Below are positions 49,063 to 55,397 of a stretch of DNA of 55,397 nt, piece by piece. The stretch's first letter is position 1; every line of letters begins with the position of its first letter. Position numbers and translations under genes: made by a program. This stretch comes from Prorocentrum cordatum (Eukaryota), in NCBI GenBank assembly GCA_963575745.1, contig CAUYUJ010000163.1, forward strand, positions 62,001 to 117,397, in the 5' to 3' direction. Below the pieces are notes generated by a model that made no database searches, was not told the DNA's origin, and saw only the letters and a list, made by a program, of their open reading frames with translations.

Positions 49063-49152
49063 AGCGGGGTCGGGGGGCGCCTTGGGCGCTGCGGGCCTCC
49101 CGCTTGCGCCCTCGCGTGTTCCTGGCGCGAGCCGTTGGCCAGTGCATGCGGC

Positions 49153-52100
49153 ATGGGGGTGGCCCCTGGCATGGCCTGCCGTCGCCTGCCCCCGGACGTC
49201 GCCAAGGGGGCGAAGGGCCTAGCAGCTCCCGCTCTCCTCGTTGCGGCTCTGCTGTCGCTCCTCTACCTGGTGGCCAGGTATCTGAACACGTACCAGGCTT
49301 GGTCTGTCCTGTGGATGGCGGGGTGGTTCGTGGGCGTGTGGGCGGCCTTCGTGGCCGCGCGGGCCGTGCGGGATCTCGTCGGCCTGGGTGGCTGGAGGGG
49401 CGCTGGACTGCGCAGGAGGCTGCGGCTCTGGGTGTACATGGCGGGGATGGCAGGCACGAGGAGCACCGGAGAGGTGGTGGACCTCGTGGTCACGTGTCTG
49501 TCGCTGGCCTCGTGCGCCATGTACGTCCTCGAGACCTACATGCCCTACCTCGCGATAGACACCGGCTGGCTGGTGGCGGAGGCGGCAGTGTCCGTGGTGC
49601 TCTTGGTAGACTACCTCTTCCGCTTCTTTCTAGCCGCTGACGGCTTGAGGTACGTGTTCTCGTTTGTCAGTGTCGTCAACGTCCTGACCATCGCGCCCGT
49701 GCTGGCCAACACGTGGTACCATCTCAGCACGCCCGGGTCCAGCACTTGCGGGGGGACCGCCACCGCGGATTCCCCCGCGGAACTCACCTATTTCAGGCTC
49801 CTGAGGATGCTCCGGGTCCTCAGAGTACTCAGAGCGCTCAACCTTTTGAGGAGCGCGCCCACAGAAGACCTGAGGCGCGAGGTGTTCACGCTGGTGTTTA
49901 TATAAGGGGCGGCGCCATATGCCGTCCGCCCTCCAGGTCAGCTTCGGGCTATCATGGAGGCATATTTGGGCTCTCTTTTGAGATCGTTGGGCTATCTGGG
50001 GGCCTGGGGGCATGTTTGTTTGGGGCCTTTGGAGGCTACGCTTGGGCAAGCTTGGGCAATCGAGGGGCGATCTCGAGGTGTCTGGAAGCGACCTTGGAGC
50101 CTCCTGGCATCTTGGTTGGGGGCATGCTGGGGCTTCGCCATCTTCGGTGCCCTTGGCCTTGTGGAGAAGTATTGAGACCATCTTGGTAAACCTAGGCGGC
50201 CTTGGGGCCCTCTGGGGCTGTCTTGTGGTAATGCTTGGAACATGTTGGGGCTCCCTCCTTGGCCTCTGAGGCTCTGAGGGCTGTCCCCAGGCCTTATGAG
50301 CTGCTTTAGCTGTATGCTGCTGTCCTTCAGGAGGGGGAAAAACATATAGACACAATTAATCGTCAATCCTCTGAAAATGTGCAAAAATATGGGAAGTGGG
50401 GGGGAAGACGAACATCCAAAAAATATGGAAAAGTATGGGGAATCCTGTTATTTGTGCGTATTTATTTGGGTGTCTCAGGGCCCCTTCAGTCTTTGCGGGT
50501 ATCCTGAAGAAATTTGGGGCGGCTGGGAGCTTGGCTCACAACCCCCCCCTGGTGGCTTTGGTTTTTGCGCCGTGTGCCCACGTAGTAGGCAGCAGCAAGC
50601 AGACAGGATTAGAGAGACAGGAAGCAGGAGGAAGGAGACAGGACAGGACAGAGAAGACAAGAGATATCAGCAAGACAGAAGCTCAGCAATGTCTCTCTCA
50701 GCCTGGTGCCCCAGGGTGGACTGGCGGACTTCCGTGGGCATTGTGTTCGCGTCTGCTGGCTTGTACCAATGGCTGACGAACAGCGACCGTTGCTTCAGCT
50801 GTAGTTACAGAAACACCATGTCAGACGAGAGTTACGACGACTACGTGGAGGTTGATGAATGCGTGCACTTCCACTGGGCTTTGTACTGGTGCACAATATC
50901 TGCCCTGAACCGGCCACGCTTGGAAATGAACAATGACCTCACCGTCTTGATGGTGATTTTCCTGGTCGCCATCACATGCGTCGTGATCCCCCTCCAGCTA
51001 AGCAAGATCTATACAGTGATGCAGCAAGGCAGCAAGTCTCAACGGGCAGAGTACATTCCTAGCTCAAGTGAGGCAAGGCACGTCGTGTTCACGGGTCACT
51101 TGGAGCTCGCGGCGCTGAACATGCTGTTGTACGAGTTTTTCCATCCAGATCGCTTCGAGCAGGCAGTGCAGGACCTTTGTGGGCCCCGGAAACGGCAGGG
51201 CCGTTTTTTCACCGTTTCCCAAAAAATGTCTTTTGAAAATGGAAACGGCAAAAAAACGGCGACCAGAAACTGCAAAAAAACGGCTCCAGGATTGGAACCG
51301 GCGTCGGAACCGATCAAAAATCGGCAAAACGGAACCGGTAAGAAAACGGTCCTGTCGTTTCCAGGGCCCACTAAGTGCAGGACGTCGTTCTGCTCTTCCC
51401 GAACAGCCTCGACCACGGCGTGGAGGTGCTCCTGTCTCACCCGGAGTACGTGGGCCACGTGACCTACGTGCAGGGCTCCCCCCTGCGAGAGAGCGACCTG
51501 GTTCGGGCGGGGCTCCACGCGGCGACGGGCGTCATCCTGCTGTCCAACAAGGATCCGCTCCTCGTTCCCCTTCTCCTCCTCCCCTCCTCCTTCCCCTCCT
51601 CCCCCTCGTTCCCCTCCTCCTCCCCTCCAGCGGGGCCAGGACGAGGAGAAGTCCGTTCCGCAGCGTCCCGGAACGGTCTCCTGGGTATCGTTCGGACGTT
51701 TGCACTTTTTCTTGGCGGGGATTATTAAGGGGAGCATCCTGGACCATCCTGGGAAGAACACGCACGAAAAAGGAAAAAGCACAGGGAGTGGACTTCCGAG
51801 CGATGGCCAGTTTCAGAGCGTTCCAGATTGCTCTGAGAAGGCCGCGGCGCCCGAGGCGTCCTCCAGAGCCGCCGCAGTTCAGAGATTCTCGATTTACCCT
51901 CGCCCGATGGTGTCCTCGTCCTGGCGCCGTCTTACAGGAGGCCGCGGATCCCAGCTGGCACGACTCCGAGCTGGTGGCCTGTGCGCAGTCCATGAAGGCT
52001 CTGTGGCTGAAGCTGGAGTCGAGGCGACCGCGCGAGGATCTACAATCCGTGCTCAGCCGGTACAGCCGCCCGCGCATCTCGGCCACGCGCAGGGGAGGGC

Positions 52101-54459
52101 AGCGGGAGGGGGGAAGGCTAGGACCGGAGGCTGCCAGCAGGGTTCGTTGGACAAGGTTGGTTTCGCTGGACTCGAGGTCCTCCCAGCCTGACCTTAGGCA
52201 CTCCAGCACGACCTGAGGCGCCCCAGCAGCCGTCGTAATCACCCTTCTTGAACCAGACCTTCTCGCCGCCCTCGATGGGAGCATCCCTGCTTCTCAGAAG
52301 GCGCGGGCCTTGTCTGTAGATGCAGGGCCGGCGCCTTCTGAGAAGCAGGGGTGCTTAATCAGGGCTAGGATCGGGATAAATCGCTCCAGAGCGTTCCGGA
52401 GCGCTCTCAGAGCGTTCTGGAACGCTCTGGAGCGGCCGCGGCGCCCACTACATCCTCCAAACCCGCCGATTCTCAGATTCTCATCCCGATCCGATTTTGT
52501 CCCGATCTTCGCGTCGTTTTAGGTGCTTCTAAGAAGCCTTCCTCCCTCCCCCACCCCCTCGTGCGCGCGGCCCGCGCGTCGTGGTGCAAGTGCTAATGCC
52601 GGAGACGAAGCAGTATCTCGTGGAGCTGCCAGGCTGGACCAGGGAGGACTTCAGGAGGGGAAAAAACACAGACACAAATAATCGTCGACGCCCAGGAAAA
52701 TATGGGAAGGGGGGAAGACAGAAACCCAGAAGATATGGAAAAATATAGGGAATCTGTTTATTTGTGTGTGTATTTATTTGTGTGTCCTGGGGCCCCTTCA
52801 GGACTCGAAGCACAGACAATCGCACGAAGCTTAACTTCTCGGGGGTGCGCGCGGGACTTCCTGGATCGACGCTGGAGCCCCCGTCGCGGCGCCTCCGTCG
52901 CCGATCCACTCAGGAGGGGAAAAAAGCACACAGACACAATTCATCGACGATCCCCAGGAAAATATGAGAAAATATGGGAAGTGGGGGGGAAAGACAAAAG
53001 CCTAGAAAATATCAGGAAATATGGGGAATCGTTTTATTTGTGTGTGTGTGTATTCATTTGTGTGTCCTGGGGCCCCTTTATCCACGAGATCCGCGCGGAC
53101 CCCAGTGAAGTCATGCTCACGCAGTCTTGTGTTCGTCTGAGGACGTGGTCATTGTCTGCAGCGAGTACGTGTCCTGGATGCTCGGGATGGCAACGCTGGC
53201 CAGGTCGGAAACTGGAACATCTACAGTACCAGTGGCGGGCTGTCTTTCAATCCCAGGACTCTCTGAGGGTCGCGGACGACGTCGGGGTGGTGCGGTGTCT
53301 ACTTTTTCCCCCGCTTCCTGGGGAAGCAGCGAACAAAATTTCACACCAGGATCCCGCATACGCCAGGACCCGCTTTCCTGGGCAAATTCCAGTGCAGGGC
53401 CGCAACAAAAGCGTCGGTGGGTAGAGCTGGGTTCCCATCCCAGGGGCATGGCCACCGTGGTCTTCAACCTGACGAGCCACAGCGAGCGCCGCGAGCACCC
53501 CCCCGGGAGCTGGCACCAGCAGTACGAGGAGGGCGCCCACCAGGGCCTGTACTCCGTGAAGGTCCGACCGGGCCACGTGGTCGGGCTCGATTTGATGGCG
53601 GCCGCCCAGCGAAGAAGACCAAACGGCACTGCACGGGTGATCGCTTTCTTCCGAGCATTTTCTTTGGGTGGAGGGGAAGGGGTGAAATTTGAAATGCCGT
53701 TTCGATGGAGTTTCGATATTTGGATCTGCAAAGGGTGAATCACAATTTCGAGGTGCAGAAGCCCATATGGATTTCGCCCTGAGCCCTCCACCCTGAGAAA
53801 ATGCTCAGTTCTTGTTCGTTGTTTTTCCGATCGACGCGGGCCCTCGCCCCCCCCCCTCCTCCCCCCCGTGAAGCAGATCTTGGCTGTTTTTGGCGCCCGT
53901 TTCGAGCAGTTGGAGTCCCTCCCCCACGGGACGCGCTGCTGCAAGCAGGCGCACCATGAGCAGAGGTCCAGGGCCATACCCCCCCCACCCCCTTCCCCCT
54001 CCTCTTCCGCCCAAGGTCGAAACGCCGAAGAAGAGAGCGATGATTAAGCTTTCGGCACTCCGCGCGGATTTCTGGGATCTGCGCTGGCCCCCCCTGGCGG
54101 CGCCTCTGGCGCCGCCCCTGGCGCGCTCCGCGCGCCAGGGAGGGGTGTCCAGCGCGGATCCAGGAACTCCGCGCGGAGTTCCGAAGCTCATGCCTGTGCT
54201 GTGTGTTCTTCCTCTCGCCCAGAAGCTGGCGTGCCACGACGTCCTCTTGATAGCCGTTGAGTCCCAAGACGGCGGCAGCCATTCGGGCTTCCACCTGTTC
54301 CCCGGCCCGCTGGGCTTCGAGCTGCGTGAGGGCGACCGCCTCGTCTGCGTGGCGCGCAGCAACCTGAGGCTGCACGCCGCGGTCGAGGAGCTCCTGCACG
54401 CCCGGTCGAGAAGCTCGCTCAGGATTGCGTCCGACCTGGCCACGAAGAGCAGCTCGCAG
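49153..54459 (+). CDS. Slo/BK-like 6TM channel with RCK domain, multi-exon, probably continuing 3'
   Basis: Approximate exons 49153-~49895, ~50715-51171, 51381-51551, 51938-52075, 52578-52646, 53142-53203, 53444-53609, 54223-54459. S4 FRLLRMLRVLRVLRAL; RCK hallmarks HVVFTGH, LYEFFHPD, YVQGSPL..SDLVRA, VILLSNK, RVVVQVL, GMATVVFNL, YEEGAHQGLY. Some junctions are unresolved. Confidence 0.85.
51175..51375. mobile_element. 201-bp TIR element forming an intron (Introner-type)
   Basis: TIR ctttgtgggccccggaaacggcagggccgtttt vs reverse complement cttagtgggccctggaaacgacaggaccgtttt; 8-bp TSD tgcaggac; removing GA...AG 51172-51380 restores the frame. Confidence 0.9.
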
Positions 54460-55397
54460 GTGGTCAGAGGAGGCAAAGGTACCGATACATCGCCAGCCTT
54501 CCCTCGTTTTGGCTTTTTCCAGCCTCCTGGGAGGCCCTCGCCGCCACGGCTGGCTTCGCCTCAAGCTTCTGGTCAGAGCGCACCGCGGGAGAGGTCCCGG
54601 CGGGTAGCGGTATCGGTAATTGCAGGGCTCGGCCTAAACGGTGTGTTGACGATGTTGTGGGCCGCAACGGCGGACCACGAACTCCAAGCGGAGAGAACGT
54701 CACAACATAACGACACTGAGTCTCAGTGCCTGAGAAGCACTGTTTATTGCCAGCCTGAAACACATCCCTGTCCCTGTGCCTGGCACTGCCTCATCTCGAT
54801 GCCGATCTGAAGGATCATCTTGGTTTCTGAGGGCGCACCCCCAGGATCGTCGTCGCCTTTCGGCTTGCCAGTCTGGGGAGAGGGATGCACTGGAGCTTGG
54901 CTGGTTTAGGTCGAGCCCTGGGCAACTCGTCTTTGTCTTGGCATCGCTCGGACGTGCGCATTTTTCCTTCGGCGAGGCCCATCGAGGAGCATCGTTGATC
55001 ACTTGGCGAAAAAGCCACGCACGAAACCGACAAAAAGCACAGGGAATGGACGTCCGAGCGATGGACCCCCGTCGGCCTCCTCCTTCCGCCTCTTGTTTTT
55101 CCCCTCCTCCTCCTCCTCCTCCTCCTCCTCCTCCTCCTCCTCCTCCTCCTCCTCCTCCTCCTCCTCCTCCCCCATCTCCTCCTCCTCCCCCATCTTCTCC
55201 TCCTCCTCCTCCTCCTCCTCCTCCTCCTCCTCCTCCTCCTCCTCTCGTCGCTGTGGGCTCTCCAGGTGGGGGAGCAGGTGGAGGTCCTGGGCGACCGCAG
55301 GAGCGGCGGGGGGACGGGTCGGACGCGGGATCGAGGAGTGAGGTCGGAGGGTCGAGGGTCGAGGAGCGAGGGAGGAGGAGGAGGAGGAGGAGGAGGA

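Overview
GC-rich, repeat-dense eukaryotic DNA, almost certainly from a dinoflagellate: there is a 20/22 match to the dinoflagellate spliced leader at 49041-49062 and several introns use GA donors. Main contents: (1) a full-length but decayed tyrosine-recombinase retrotransposon (988-7651) with split direct repeats A1...B1-A2-B2, encoding a Cys-rich membrane ORF, gag-like, RT-RNaseH-YR and a C5 cytosine methyltransferase-like ORF; an empty copy of its target repeat lies in the same window at ~42557. (2) An ~8.6-kb inverted-repeat-bounded element (21734-30346) flanked by (TA)n tracts, carrying an IS1595/Merlin-type DDE transposase remnant, an SF3-like helicase gene, a coiled-coil gene, unknown ORFs and a 73-bp array; three of its genes have spliced-leader-like relics upstream. 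This is my best candidate for an undescribed system. (3) A multi-exon Slo/BK-like channel gene (from ~49153) with a relict spliced leader, transposon-derived introns and NRPRLE in place of the TVGYGD filter. The rest is nested MITEs, satellites, a palindrome array and microsatellites. All protein assignments come from motifs read by eye; no database searches were run.
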